63,959 bases of DNA, filler included, from Licmophora abbreviata (GCA_900291995.1; 15 parts of 15 records of this genome joined end to end with filler, not necessarily neighbours in it), one strand, 5' to 3'. Counted from the first letter of the whole stretch, positions 12,494-24,165 are shown. Numbers and translations: made by a program. The notes: a model not told the origin generated them from the letters alone.

Positions 12494-12982
12494 ATGGCGG
12501 CGGCATCACGTGAGGCAGACTTGATCCACTTGGAGCACGCCACGTCCTTAGCCGACGAAGCGGTCAAGGAAGGCAATCACCCTTTCGGTGCAATTTTGGT
12601 GAGCGTCGACGGCAACGTGATTGGAGAGGGAAAGAATTCGTACACAGTCGACAAGGGCCCCGGACATGCGGAATCGAACTTGGCACGCACGGCCGCCAAG
12701 CAGTTTCCCGAAGAAGTTCTTCGCAAATCGACTCTTTACACTTCGGTAGAACCCTGTTGTATGTGTTCGGGGACCATCTACTGGGCAGGGATTGGAAGTG
12801 TGGTCTATGGAATGTCGGAAGAACGTCTAGGTACACTCACAGGCGACGACCCTGAGAACCCAACCCAAAGTCTGGAATGCAGGAAAGTTTTTGCGGCAGG
12901 GCAGAACTCCGTGCAAGTAAGAGGACCGTTCGCGGAAATGGAAGGGCGTATTGTAAAGCAGCACCAAGACTACTGGAAGTAA
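12494..12982 (+). CDS. Zn-dependent cytidine/deoxycytidylate deaminase family protein (guanine deaminase/TadA-like)
   Basis: NHPFGA, HAE and EPCCMC zinc motifs. Intronless, 162 aa. Confidence 0.88.
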   Translation: MAAASREADLIHLEHATSLADEAVKEGNHPFGAILVSVDGNVIGEGKNSYTVDKGPGHAESNLARTAAKQFPEEVLRKSTLYTSVEPCCMCSGTIYWAGIGSVVYGMSEERLGTLTGDDPENPTQSLECRKVFAAGQNSVQVRGPFAEMEGRIVKQHQDYWK

Positions 12983-13030
12983 AGGATGAAACAACGAGAT
13001 TACTAAGCGAGCACACGACAGTAACGCCTT

Positions 13031-14518
13031 CTACTTTCCCTCCTTGAACTTGGCCGCCTGCTCACTGCCACCAGTCGCGTTGCCTTTCGAATAGGAGAGC
13101 TTTCCCGTACCCACCAGTTTTCCTCCCTGAGCAATGAGATACTCATCTCGTATCGGTCGACCCTCAAAGAAGCACTCCAGAATCTCCTGAACTCCTGCGG
13201 CATACCTTGCTTGAGCTGATAGCGTCGTACCGGACGTATGAGGCGTCATGGCGTGCCATGGCATCGATCGCCATGGGTGTTCGCGAGGCGCTGGCTGAGG
13301 GAACCACACATCACCGGCATAGCCGGCAAGGAGACCCGACTGCAGGGCTTTCTGGATGGCGGTCGTATTGCAAATCTTTCCTCGGGCTGTGTTGNNNNNN
13401 NNNNNNNNNNNNNNNNNNNNNNNNNNNNNNNNNNNNNNTTAATTAATTAANNNNNNNNNNNNNNNNNNNNNNNNNNNNNNNNNNNNNNNNNNNNACCAAA
13501 TAGGCTCCCTTCTTCATATTGGAAATCATGGCGTCGTCGAACAGATTCTCTGTTTCTGGGTGCAGAGGGCAGTTGATGGTAACAACATCACATACCTGGA
13601 CCATGTCTTCGACCGTGGCATGGTATGAAAGGTTCAACTCGCTCTCGACTTCTGGTGGCAGCCTGTATCTGTCTTTGGAAAGAAAAGGCACGAGAAATGC
13701 TGTGAGTACAGTTAAGTTTACTCGTGATTGACAAGACATTGTACGTATATACCTGTATAATGCAGCCTGCAGTCAAATGGTTTCATTCTCCTAAGCACCG
13801 CAAGGCCAATCCGTCCGGCAGCGACGGTACCAACATGCATACCCTCCACGTCGTAAGCCCGTTGCACACAATCGGCAATGTTCCACCCACCGCTGACGAC
13901 CTGGTGATAACTCGGAATGTAGTTTCGGACGAGTGAAAGGATCATCATCACCACGTGTTCCGCTACACTGATGGAATTGCAGTAGGTCACCTCGACGACC
14001 GTCAAGTTGTGCTCACAGGCGGCAGCTAGATCCACGTGATCAGATCCAACGCCAGCCGTGACGAGCATCTTGAGGTTAGGGGCACGAGAGATGCGGTCGG
14101 CTGTCATATAGGCTGGCCAGAATGGTTGGCTGATGACGACCTCGGCATCTGTGAGGTGCTTTTCCAGTTCCGTGTCCCGCCCATCCTTGTCGCTGGTCGT
14201 GATGTACGTATGACCTCGGGACTCAAGCCAAGGACGAAGACCCAACTCCCCCGATACAGATCCAAGCAGCTTCACACTAGAAGAAGGTGGTTGGCTTGGA
14301 GACGGCGCAGTCTGCCCTGACTTTCCGAATTGATCCGGGTAGCTTGTGATGGCGGGAAGCGTGTCTCGGGTGTATGACAAAGGATAACCGCCAACGGGGT
14401 CGTCGTAAAGCACCGACACGACTTTGGCGAAATTCCGACTCTGCCCTCCTGATGATACTGGTGGCAGCTTATTGGAAGTTGTACAGGGAAATCCTTTGAG
14501 GAGGACAGATCGCAACAT
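13031..14518 (-). CDS. FDH: NAD-dependent formate dehydrogenase, bacterial type, with N-terminal presequence; intron 13673..13752
   Basis: [66 protein letters not shown] and [12 protein letters not shown]. The gap at 13395-13494 joins in frame (AYLV/NTARG). Confidence 0.95.
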
Positions 14519-15131
14519 GGTCGACACCAGGGTGGTTGAGAACAGTGCGATGATGAACGTGTCAAAGAACACATCAAGAAGGGCGTGCGCCAAAAAAGCC
14601 AAGAAGATACCTTTCCAGCGTTCCTAGAAAAGATACAGTGGAAATACTTGATGCAACAATGGTCTTCTGACCAACAATATCTTTCTCAGACGCTAGAGCG
14701 TTTTGGGGAGAGAAAGGATTCTGATGTCACCTTCATTAGCATCCGCACCACAATTGCAACCATTACGAACCCATCACATAGGACGCGCCTCCTTTCGCTT
14801 CTTGAGTTCTTTTTCATGGAGGGTGTTCCTCTTACTTGTCTTACTGGATAAGGAGGCTGATCCAGTCTCCGACGTCTCATCGGAGCGAGCCGAGCATTCA
14901 GTCGCCGTCATGTGTATCGCTCGCGGTTGGGCCGTTGAGTGTTACTTTCGAAAATTTGCTTTTCAATAAAGGAAGAGCACCTCTCGTGTTTCATCGAGAC
15001 GAAATGTTGCACCTATCGGCAGCAAAAGATAGGCCACACATACGTTTCGGCGATCCGTTCAACAGGCGGAGGCGAACGATGGAAGGTCGCTGCCTGGCTG
15101 GGCGAGATCAACCGCATATTCCAGCGACACG

Positions 15132-16040
15132 ATGATGGCTGCCGAACCTCCATCGCTCAATCGGGATAGGCAGACAATGCGGAAAGCTTTGTCTACGAGT
15201 GACCTCCCTGACTCGAAGGGCCATGGTGTCACTATCGCACCGCCCAGTAAGCCTGCTGATGGAAAACAGGCGACTCCCACTCCGCGTGGTGCCGCAAAAC
15301 CTGCGTACCTGTTTGCCCCGGATGCTTCCTCGGGAGAGCTCTGGAAAGTGACACATTGGCATTACGCACCGTGCCCTACTGCCGGCGCCCCTTCGTTTTA
15401 CTCACATCCGTACCACCGTAACTGTACGTGTTCTCCACCGAACCTCGGTCCTGCGACGCCCGAATCTCGTAGCAGCATGTCCAGCGGCGACAGCGCGATC
15501 AACCCATCACTTGCTGCCAACGATACCATCGAATGGACCCTTAACATTCGAAATAAGTTTCTCAGGACCCTTGCGTACCGGCGTATCAAGGTCCTTGCAC
15601 CACACGAGTCTGCGGACTGGGCAGAATCTGCGCTCAAGAACTTCTTCCCGGGAAGGTACAGGGTTGTCAGGTCCAAGCCGAACCAGTATCGGCGATTGGA
15701 CTGCAAGTACCCCTTGTGTGACTTTCGAGCTCGTGTCGTGCGCTCGCCCGAAGATGGACTCTGGTACGCGGAAGACACGGAGATTAGGACGCACCATTGC
15801 TATGATGGCCTACCCTTGCCGTTTCAGATAACGCTCATGAACCTTCTCAAGTCGGTGGAATCGTCCAAGGCACCCGGCGTAACCATGAAAAAGCTCGTTG
15901 ATTCGCTACATGAACAATATCCAGAGGACCCGCTCTGTCAGGCGTCCCAGAAGGATACCTTGTCCGCCGCAGTCCAACAGTTCCTCCAGTACGTTCGTGC
16001 GAAGCAACGTTTTTATCGGGAACGTCGTGACAAGCGTTGA
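15132..16040 (+). CDS. Hypothetical protein with MuDR/WRKY-GCM1-type zinc finger
   Basis: 302-aa ORF with C-x4-C-x24-H-x-C (CKYPLCDFRARV...W...HHC) preceded by YRVVRS. No DDE domain visible. Confidence 0.5.
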   Translation: MMAAEPPSLNRDRQTMRKALSTSDLPDSKGHGVTIAPPSKPADGKQATPTPRGAAKPAYLFAPDASSGELWKVTHWHYAPCPTAGAPSFYSHPYHRNCTCSPPNLGPATPESRSSMSSGDSAINPSLAANDTIEWTLNIRNKFLRTLAYRRIKVLAPHESADWAESALKNFFPGRYRVVRSKPNQYRRLDCKYPLCDFRARVVRSPEDGLWYAEDTEIRTHHCYDGLPLPFQITLMNLLKSVESSKAPGVTMKKLVDSLHEQYPEDPLCQASQKDTLSAAVQQFLQYVRAKQRFYRERRDKR

Positions 16041-16229
16041 TTGTATTGATGGAATACACTCTAATGGAGAGGAATGCTGTGTGCCCACTGTGAATAGCTC
16101 TCTAGACGACAAGAAATAATAGTCCATGTTTATTTGGGTATCGTTAAGCTGCTACTTTGCCAGAAGGGCAAGATCAACAAAATAGCGAGGGACGTCCACG
16201 CTAGACACAACACGCTGGGAAAAAGCAGC

Positions 16230-17710
16230 TTATAGGAAATAGTCGGGAGTTCGCGGGCTCTTGTGCCAACCTTCATCCCGTGGTGCTGGATCGAATTGTG
16301 AGCTGTGACGCAAAAAGAGACTTGTAAGCTCGACGCAGCCTCAATCACAAAATACAAAAAAGAACACCCTTCATCAGACTTACAATTTGCAATGATCATG
16401 AATCGTCTCCTTGCTGGACTCATCCACGGTATCATCCACCTCCATGATGGCCGCTTGGTTGCCGCATCGGTAGCAGTAATTGGGGGCCGAGAAAACAGTC
16501 ACAACCTGCCGGTTGTGCTGCCACTGATATCCCTCCATGACGAGCTGATGCGCTCTGGCAATGAAATGAAGTCCGTTAATATGAGTGAACTGTTCCGTAA
16601 TGTCTTGCCCGAACGTGTACCCGGCACCTCTTGGCGAAATACCCCAGCCGCAGCTGAATGAATCGAAATTGCGAGGATAAGCCAGATGTGAGCGAGTGCG
16701 AACAAGAGATTTAAGAGACTCAATGTGTCATACATTCGAGACACATACCGATCATCGGGATCCGACCAGACGAGATCGCACATGGGACCCTCATGAGGCA
16801 CCTCTTGAACCCGATCCAATTCCCTCGCATGATCGAGCGTATCAATCGAGGGAGAAAGGCCTCCATGAAGACAGAATATACGATCCTCCACGACGGCAGT
16901 CATCGGCAAGTAGTCAAAGGTATCCGTGAAGGATTTCCAGACATTGGCATTACCATATTTCCTCAGGCACTCGTCGTAAAAGCCGTAGCTGTGAAGTGTA
17001 GGAGTAGCGACAGCAAAAACGCAGCAGCATGAGAAACAGCGACGATTCCTCCTAAACATGAACTCGTACGCCTCTCCTTTGTCTTCACTCACACTTGCGT
17101 AATCTGACGACTCTCGTGATTGCCTCGAAGAATGGTAATACGGCCCCGGTACCGCACCTTGAGCGCCACAAGCAAGGTGACCGTCTCCAGTGAGTAGTAG
17201 CCCCGATCGACATAGTCTCCCATGAATAGATAGTTCGAGTCGGGACAAGGTCCTCCGATTCGAAATAGTTCGGCTAGATCGTAAAACTGCCCGTGAATAT
17301 CGCCACAGACTGTGACGGGGGCACGCACAGGCTGTACATTGGACTCTTCCGACAAGATCTCCTTGGCCTGCGGATGGACAGGAAGGGAAAGAGAGAAGGT
17401 CAGACGCGACTGGCTTCCAGCGAAGTACATCGGGCGCTGCTATACATCTGCTAGAAGTGAAATCGCTATAGTCTCCCGCGAACGTTGCACTCTCTTGAGC
17501 AGAGACACACAAGACACTGCTTCCGAGATCGCATCTGCGTCTTCTCGCGTTGCCGCTACACGATTTCAGTACCGTGTAGCAGTGTGGACAGCGAGCTCGT
17601 AGTTTCATACTGACCTTCTCACACAGCGCTCTCACTTCATTCTCCGATAACGTATCCCCCTCTCGTAGCCTCTCTATCTGAGCATCGATACTCGATGTAT
17701 CCTGCGACAT
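16230..17710 (-). CDS. PPP2C: Protein phosphatase 2A catalytic subunit (multi-exon)
   Basis: GDIHGQ, GDYVDRG, RGNHE and [13 protein letters not shown]. The last exon encodes C-terminal TPDYFL, with the stop at 16230-16232. Confidence 0.95.
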
Positions 17711-18066
17711 GATATAAAATAAGGCAAAATAGTGGCTAGTCCGTTCTCTTCAAACGCGGAAATGCCCACCGGAACCAAGACCGATGCGGGAGGATGACGA
17801 CGAACGACGGGCGACCAAAAGATGATGAGCGGTTTGGAATGACTGACCTTGCGCGCGCGAAGTGTTGGTACTGAATATACGAACGTTTCAACGTGTGTAC
17901 CGGTAGTATGCGACACCGGGACGAACACCAATGAGAACTCCGTATATGACACAGTGGAGTGTGAAGGCCAATGACGGCAAAGACTGGACGGATGGCCGGG
18001 TTTAGACAGTGTATTGAGTATTGTAGTCTGCACTAGGGCAAACTTAGTTAGCTAGAAGTGACCATG

Positions 18067-19797
18067 TCATCTTTTTATTGTAGACGAGTATAGTACGAGC
18101 CATCGACTCAGCTTGTCGTTGAGGACCTGCTCCCGCACGAGCTCAAGCTGCAAGCCTGCGCTCGCAGTGTCCTCATCCGACGGAAGACAGTCGCGTCGCA
18201 GGTCTTGTTCGAGTCGCAGACACGGCACAAACGCCACTACTGTCCCACCGTCGATTCGCAACAGAGGCTCGCCGTTGTTTCGATCACGGGCAATGCTTTG
18301 AAAGAGTTCCGTCAGTGGATCCATGTCGTTCGTACTTTCGCGAATGCCATAGGGTGGGTCGGTCAGGATGACGTCAAACGGGGAGTGGTCGATCGCTGCA
18401 CGTGCCTGGCGGCGTACGGTGACATCGGTGGAATCGCCATGAATTAGCGCCAGGGGAGCTGTCAGGCGTCGCGAGTCAAAGTCCTTGCAAATGTCCGTTC
18501 GATTCACCAATCCATTGTGGGCAATTTCAATGCCCACACTGCGACACGTCGGCTCGATCATGCTGGCGGCCAGCAAGGTTGCGCCGGAGCCGCAGTAGGG
18601 ATCGAGAATATAGGAACCGGCAGTCACACCAGCAACATTGCACAACGAGAAAGCTGCAATGGGACACAAGGGCGTGTTGGTAATGCAAATGCGAGTTACG
18701 GGGGCAATCGTCGAAGTCTGTGGAAACGTGGAGGAAGGAGGAATCTTGAGTAAATGGCTCATGGACGCGCAAAACTGCAGCGTACCAAGTACCGGCACGA
18801 GGAACGTACCCTTGGCCCCGTGGCCAGTCGTCTCGCCAATACTTTCTTTTGTTGTAATAGTCCATCAAAGACGTAAATCTTACAGTCTGGATCATTGAGA
18901 TTGACATGCCCTCCGAATTTGAGTAGAAGTGGCTTGAGCAACTGCAACGCCTTACGTTCCAATTTCATAGATCGCGCTCGTCCGCCGTATCGCGTCGCCT
19001 TTTCCTCTGTGGACATGTCCCCGTAATGTCGTACACGAAGACACCACGTCGAATTTTCGTTCCACCCGCCCACCATGACATCGTCCAGGCCGCCTTGCGC
19101 GAACGCAGCCGGCGAGAGCTGCTCGTAGGTGTCCTCTTCGGCCACCACCTGGTACAAGGCGTGGACAAGCGAGCAACGTGATGCCGTCTGAATAAGAGCA
19201 TGTGTCGTGACTTCCTCTGGTACGTCCTCCAAGTACTGCATGGCACTGTTGAAACTGATACGCTTGAGTTCCGCGAGTTCCACCGACGCGTCGTAATTGA
19301 GAGCGTCGACAAAGGACACGCCACTGGAAGTAGCCGGGGCTTCCTCTCCCAGTACGGCCAGGAGAGCCCCGTTGAACTCCACATGCCGAAACTGAGCACT
19401 GTATCCCTCCATGTCCTCTCCTCTGTGGTTTACGATGGACACGGGCAGTTGTCAGTGCAATAGAACAAGAAAGTGTACTCTCCACACTGGATGATTGGAA
19501 ATGATTTTTTCAGAGAGCGCAGCCGACTCACTTCCAATGAACCAAGAACGCTCTTGGGCGAAACTCTGTCCGACGATTCCCCACCCCCTCGCTATCCACT
19601 TCCCCCAGATGATACGACACTGAAGCGAGACTCTTTTCGTCTGGATTGATTCGTCGGTTCCCATCGAAAAAGCTTCGTTGCGTGAGGATGACAGTGCTGG
19701 CTGACGATGGTGACTTGATGGTGATGAAGGACTGACAGCACCGGGACGTCAGGATGGTGACCAGTACTAGCGCGAGAAGAGGAGTAGAATTCATCAT
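18067..19797 (-). CDS. Trm11/TrmG10-like tRNA guanine-N2 methyltransferase, possibly plastid-targeted (3 exons)
   Basis: ILDPYCGSGATL SAM motif and ILTDPPYGIRE. Introns at about 19423-19531 and 18718-18810. Signal-peptide-like leader ending QS-F. Confidence 0.78.
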
Positions 19798-20233
19798 GAC
19801 TGATCAACTCTACTTGTTCCCAGAAAAGTCGCAAAGGAAGCCATGGATAGGGATTCTTGCAGGAAGAGGCGATTCTTCAGAGAGAAAGAGCAGCAAAGAG
19901 ACACATCACCGGTATGGTGTGTCGTTGGCGCGAAGTATGATCGCATCGATCACTCTCCGTCGGAAAGCAGAGCAAACGGTTCGCGCGCAATCGCGGTTGA
20001 GAACGCGCATAATCTGACTCGTGACTCGGGATCGATAGCTCGATGAGCGTGTCACGAATGTTGGATCTTTGTGTTCCGAAAAAAAACCAAAAAACGGCGC
20101 GACGAAGTTCGAAAGTGGTCGACGCCGGACATTCACGAGCATCATGTGAGGATGTCGTTGTGGATGTGAAGCTCATTGCCGTCCCCGCAGTTTCCTTCCA
20201 CAGGCTTTCGAAAGAGAGTTCTTGGAAACAACC

Positions 20234-23200
20234 ATGAACGCTCTTCAGGCAACGAACCGACTTTCGGCCATTCCAGGTGTGAAATCACTGCTGACGAGAA
20301 CGATCGCTTCCATTTCAAATCAGAATGCGGAGGAGGGGTATCTTTCAGACGATAGCACGTTAGAATCTTTGTCCGTAGATAGATCAGACGATACAGACGA
20401 AGATGATAAGCAAGGTGACACTGTAGGTGGTACTAACGGTGATAACGGTGTACTGATGATGTCTAGCTTGGTGGACGAAGACGAGGCTGTTGAAGACCAT
20501 TCGATGATGGACCACACAATTCGGGTTCTTGCTTCCTACGAGAAGAAGAACCCAATGGCCGCGTTAAACGAAAAGTACCAGAAACAGGGACAGGATGGAG
20601 TAAAGGCATGTGTGAAAGACATCGAACACCCTACTGGAAAGGGGCCATCTCTATGGACTTGTGCATTTGCCTGTCCACTTTACGAAGTCGATTATGAATC
20701 TGGCTTTCCAGGATACGCTCTCTTGTCGAGAAAGCGCAGTCGTGTCGCAGCAGCCAAGAAGATGGAACTGGTTCAGTGGACAAAGAAAATTGTGGGAGAC
20801 TATCTTCTTCTGAATCAAAAGGTGCTCTTCATCTCGAAAAATGGCGCGAGGCGGAGTTTGGCGTTATCCGTCCTAGAAAGAGAAACAAACCAATCATCGT
20901 CCTCGCCACCTAGAATTAAGTCTGAAGAGCCGCCCGAAGAATCGCTGATATCGACGCAACCTCCTCCGAAACAGAAGGCTAAACGTCGATTACCTAGATG
21001 GGCATGTCTACTCAGCGAACTTGGAGTAACATCTCAGTCGCTGAAGATTGAGTATGTCGAATCTTTCACTGCCAAGGCAACTCCTGGCTGGACTGGCCAA
21101 CCATCTCTTCTCCGTTGCATCGTGTCTACCAAAGAACCTTATGAGCTGACTGTTGTAGGCAGTCCGCAGCCATCAAAGAGTCTGGCTCTGAAATGTGCCA
21201 TAGACGATCTCGAGCTAACTATTCGGAGACAGGCAAGAGTGGAGAGCTCACCATCGCACACCGGAACCCATGAGGAGCAGCACCGGCTGATGCTCTGCAA
21301 CACAGCCATGACTTGCCTAGCACAGCCACTACCAGAATGGACCACAGCAGAGTTCACACCACCACAACATGGGGAAGAAGAGTACTTTGTGTACGTGTAC
21401 AGGCTCGAGTTCCGAACTGAACAAGGTGACAATTTCGTTGCCCAACGATCTGGTCTTACGATTGACTGCACCACACCGCTTGGAATCATGTTTGCGGTAG
21501 AGTTGGAACCACCAGGTAACTCGGATGCGGTTTTCGAGTCTCAGTTCTCCGTTCCGAATAAAGGCTCTCCTGGTACCGAATCGGTCTCTGTACGGATGCG
21601 GCGTTGTTGCGCGTTAAATCTTGCAGAAGATGGCGCCGATGCCGCAACTAGCATTCGACGTACCAAACAGTTCAATGCAAAGCTTCAGAACTGGAAAATG
21701 TACGGCTTTGATAGGGACGCAAATCGAACGTCGGCATTTTTGCCACCGCAGACGAGGCCAGATAGCGAAACGGAATCACCACACGCCTTCGATCGGACGT
21801 ATCTGTTCGTTCCGTTGAGGATTGAGAATCTCGATGGTAATGAGACGAGTTGCGTCGACTGGGACTGTATCAATCGCGCATGGATGGAAGAGAAAACCGC
21901 CTTGCTGCAGCCATTTGAAAATGGCTGGAAATCGCCTTTACCGATAGAGTGTGATCTATTGTTTGTCAGCAAAAGTCTTGGGATGACAAGTCTCATATTT
22001 CTGCTGCCTCCGCTCTACGCCATGGCGAAGGAATACCTCACAGGTGATTCGTGTCCTATCACAGATTTTGTAGACTACTGGGAGATATACCTCGGAGCAC
22101 TTCTGCTGCTAATTTCTGTCTTGGGTATTGTGAGCTGGCATGCATGCCCTCCTACCAGGTGTTTCACTTCCGCGAAGCTGAGGAATCGATTCTTGGTACA
22201 GATGGGAGCATGGAACACACTTTATGTACTACAGAATCCCGAAGAGTACGACGGGGGCGACTGTCTGACAGCAAACTCACTCTTTCTAGGCTCTTTCTCT
22301 CAAGAGAAGCCCAGCCCTAACAAATTGAAGCGGGTCAAGGATAGACTTGGTCTAGACCTGTCCACAGCGTCATTCGAAGATTACTATCTGAAGAAGTATG
22401 GATTGGAGCTTCGCTTTCCGACCGAGGCGCTGGTTTCCGCGCAAAACGTCGCCTCACATTCCGCACATGACTTTCTGTTGCGCGACGGAGGTCACAGCCT
22501 CGTGCACATTATGCCAGAGCTTGTTCATGTACTTCCAATACCTCGCGATGTCATGTACATTGTGGATCACGCGAAGGCTTTCATGACAGCACTAGAGAGA
22601 GAAGTTGAGTTGGCACACTTCACGACCCGTATTTGGGACTTCCAACACCTATCGCCGGCACCATCTATCAATCGTGCCATTGCATCGCGACTTCATTCGC
22701 TATTGAGAGAGGCAACTACACTGAATCCCCGACCAACCTATCAGAGACTAGAGTTCCTAGGTGACGCCGTTCTTGGCCACTTTGTCGCTCTCAATGTCAG
22801 CTGCTTACCGATGCTTTTGGACTTTGACGATTGGCAGCGCGCGTTGCTAGCAGCAACCAAGAATACAGTCTTATCCGAGGCTTCTCTCCGAATGGGAATA
22901 GGAAGGTTTCTGCAGAGAGGGCAAAAGTATTGGCGAAGCGCGTATCGACGGAGAACCGGAGACTCACCCGTGCCTATCGATGCAGACGAACAGCTGCCAA
23001 TGACCCTTGTCAGCGACCGCACGATGAGTGACATGGTTGAAAGCCTGCTTGCTGCGACCTTCCTGGCGGGCTACCGATGCGAGAAAGAGGACGAAGCGGC
23101 CGCGCGGTTGACTAGACATGTATTGGAAGCTCTACAACTCCCCCACCCTTCATCGGTTATGGCGACTCCGCAACAACAAGAAAGACACAGGGCTAGAGGA

Positions 23201-24160
23201 GCATGCTTGAAGGCCGGGTACCCATTTGAAATCGACGATGTTTGGGAGCAACGATTCAAGCGTATAGAGGCAGCCCTGCGACCGCGCTCTGCACTGATTT
23301 GCAACTTGAAGGACTCCATCGTAGAACACCATGACGGAGACGGATCAGTCGCAAGAGTCGGCGGTCTGAAGGCTCTATTTCTCGATCAAAGATCCAGGAC
23401 CCTACTCGCGGTTGCGGTATTTGCCAACGCGGAAGAGCTGGACAGAGAAAGTGGATCCACAAATTCGTCTTCGCACGATCCAGAGGTCGGTAGCAGCCTG
23501 GGCGACTTTTCTGCAATCGACAGCGGAAGCGACTCTGAATGCGTCGCCGCGCTACGACTTGTTCTGTACCATGTGGGAGCCTACTCGTTGCAGCTCTGTA
23601 TCACGCACGAACTCTTCCATCGGTTTCCAGAAGCGAACGAGAGCGATCTACACCTCTTACGAGCCTGTGCCATGAGTGACGATGTTGTTGTCTATATTGC
23701 GTCAAAGAGTGAGTTTCGAGCTGGCCTTCACCGTGTGCACGCAAACGCGTTTGACCGTTTCCTCGTGACTGCCGCAGCAGCAGAAGCTATTGGATCCAAG
23801 ATCTGGGACAAGAAAGGCGGCTGGGTCGTTGACGATGGCGCGAAGGTATTCACCCGGCGACAGGCTGCTCACGCCAATCTCGTAGGACGAACCGAAACTC
23901 CAGGCGAAACGAAACCGAGATACGTCGGTCTCGTGGGAGGTCGGCTGCACGGACACAAAGCCAAAGTGCCAGAGAAGATCACATATGACCTCATGTTCAC
24001 AATGAAAGCCATGATTGGTGCAATGGTTCTCTCCCTTGGTCTCGAAAAGACGTGGGAGTCTCTACTCCCGCTATTTGAAGAAGTTATGCTCTTGTCCGCG
24101 CAAGAACTGAGACGAGACTTATCAGAATCGTCGACCCTCGTACGATCGTATCCGCGTTAG
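20234..24160 (+). CDS. DCR: Dicer-like protein (dsRBD-like x2, platform, PAZ, RNase IIIa, degenerate RNase IIIb; no helicase)
   Basis: NPMAALNE dsRBD start; YLFVPL...VDW platform; SFEDYYLKKYG...IMPELV PAZ; YQRLEFLGDAVL and SDMVESLLAA RNase IIIa; HELFHRFPEANESDLHLLR RNase IIIb scaffold. Confidence 0.85.
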   Translation: MNALQATNRLSAIPGVKSLLTRTIASISNQNAEEGYLSDDSTLESLSVDRSDDTDEDDKQGDTVGGTNGDNGVLMMSSLVDEDEAVEDHSMMDHTIRVLASYEKKNPMAALNEKYQKQGQDGVKACVKDIEHPTGKGPSLWTCAFACPLYEVDYESGFPGYALLSRKRSRVAAAKKMELVQWTKKIVGDYLLLNQKVLFISKNGARRSLALSVLERETNQSSSSPPRIKSEEPPEESLISTQPPPKQKAKRRLPRWACLLSELGVTSQSLKIEYVESFTAKATPGWTGQPSLLRCIVSTKEPYELTVVGSPQPSKSLALKCAIDDLELTIRRQARVESSPSHTGTHEEQHRLMLCNTAMTCLAQPLPEWTTAEFTPPQHGEEEYFVYVYRLEFRTEQGDNFVAQRSGLTIDCTTPLGIMFAVELEPPGNSDAVFESQFSVPNKGSPGTESVSVRMRRCCALNLAEDGADAATSIRRTKQFNAKLQNWKMYGFDRDANRTSAFLPPQTRPDSETESPHAFDRTYLFVPLRIENLDGNETSCVDWDCINRAWMEEKTALLQPFENGWKSPLPIECDLLFVSKSLGMTSLIFLLPPLYAMAKEYLTGDSCPITDFVDYWEIYLGALLLLISVLGIVSWHACPPTRCFTSAKLRNRFLVQMGAWNTLYVLQNPEEYDGGDCLTANSLFLGSFSQEKPSPNKLKRVKDRLGLDLSTASFEDYYLKKYGLELRFPTEALVSAQNVASHSAHDFLLRDGGHSLVHIMPELVHVLPIPRDVMYIVDHAKAFMTALEREVELAHFTTRIWDFQHLSPAPSINRAIASRLHSLLREATTLNPRPTYQRLEFLGDAVLGHFVALNVSCLPMLLDFDDWQRALLAATKNTVLSEASLRMGIGRFLQRGQKYWRSAYRRRTGDSPVPIDADEQLPMTLVSDRTMSDMVESLLAATFLAGYRCEKEDEAAARLTRHVLEALQLPHPSSVMATPQQQERHRARGACLKAGYPFEIDDVWEQRFKRIEAALRPRSALICNLKDSIVEHHDGDGSVARVGGLKALFLDQRSRTLLAVAVFANAEELDRESGSTNSSSHDPEVGSSLGDFSAIDSGSDSECVAALRLVLYHVGAYSLQLCITHELFHRFPEANESDLHLLRACAMSDDVVVYIASKSEFRAGLHRVHANAFDRFLVTAAAAEAIGSKIWDKKGGWVVDDGAKVFTRRQAAHANLVGRTETPGETKPRYVGLVGGRLHGHKAKVPEKITYDLMFTMKAMIGAMVLSLGLEKTWESLLPLFEEVMLLSAQELRRDLSESSTLVRSYPR

Positions 24161-24165
24161 CTCGC

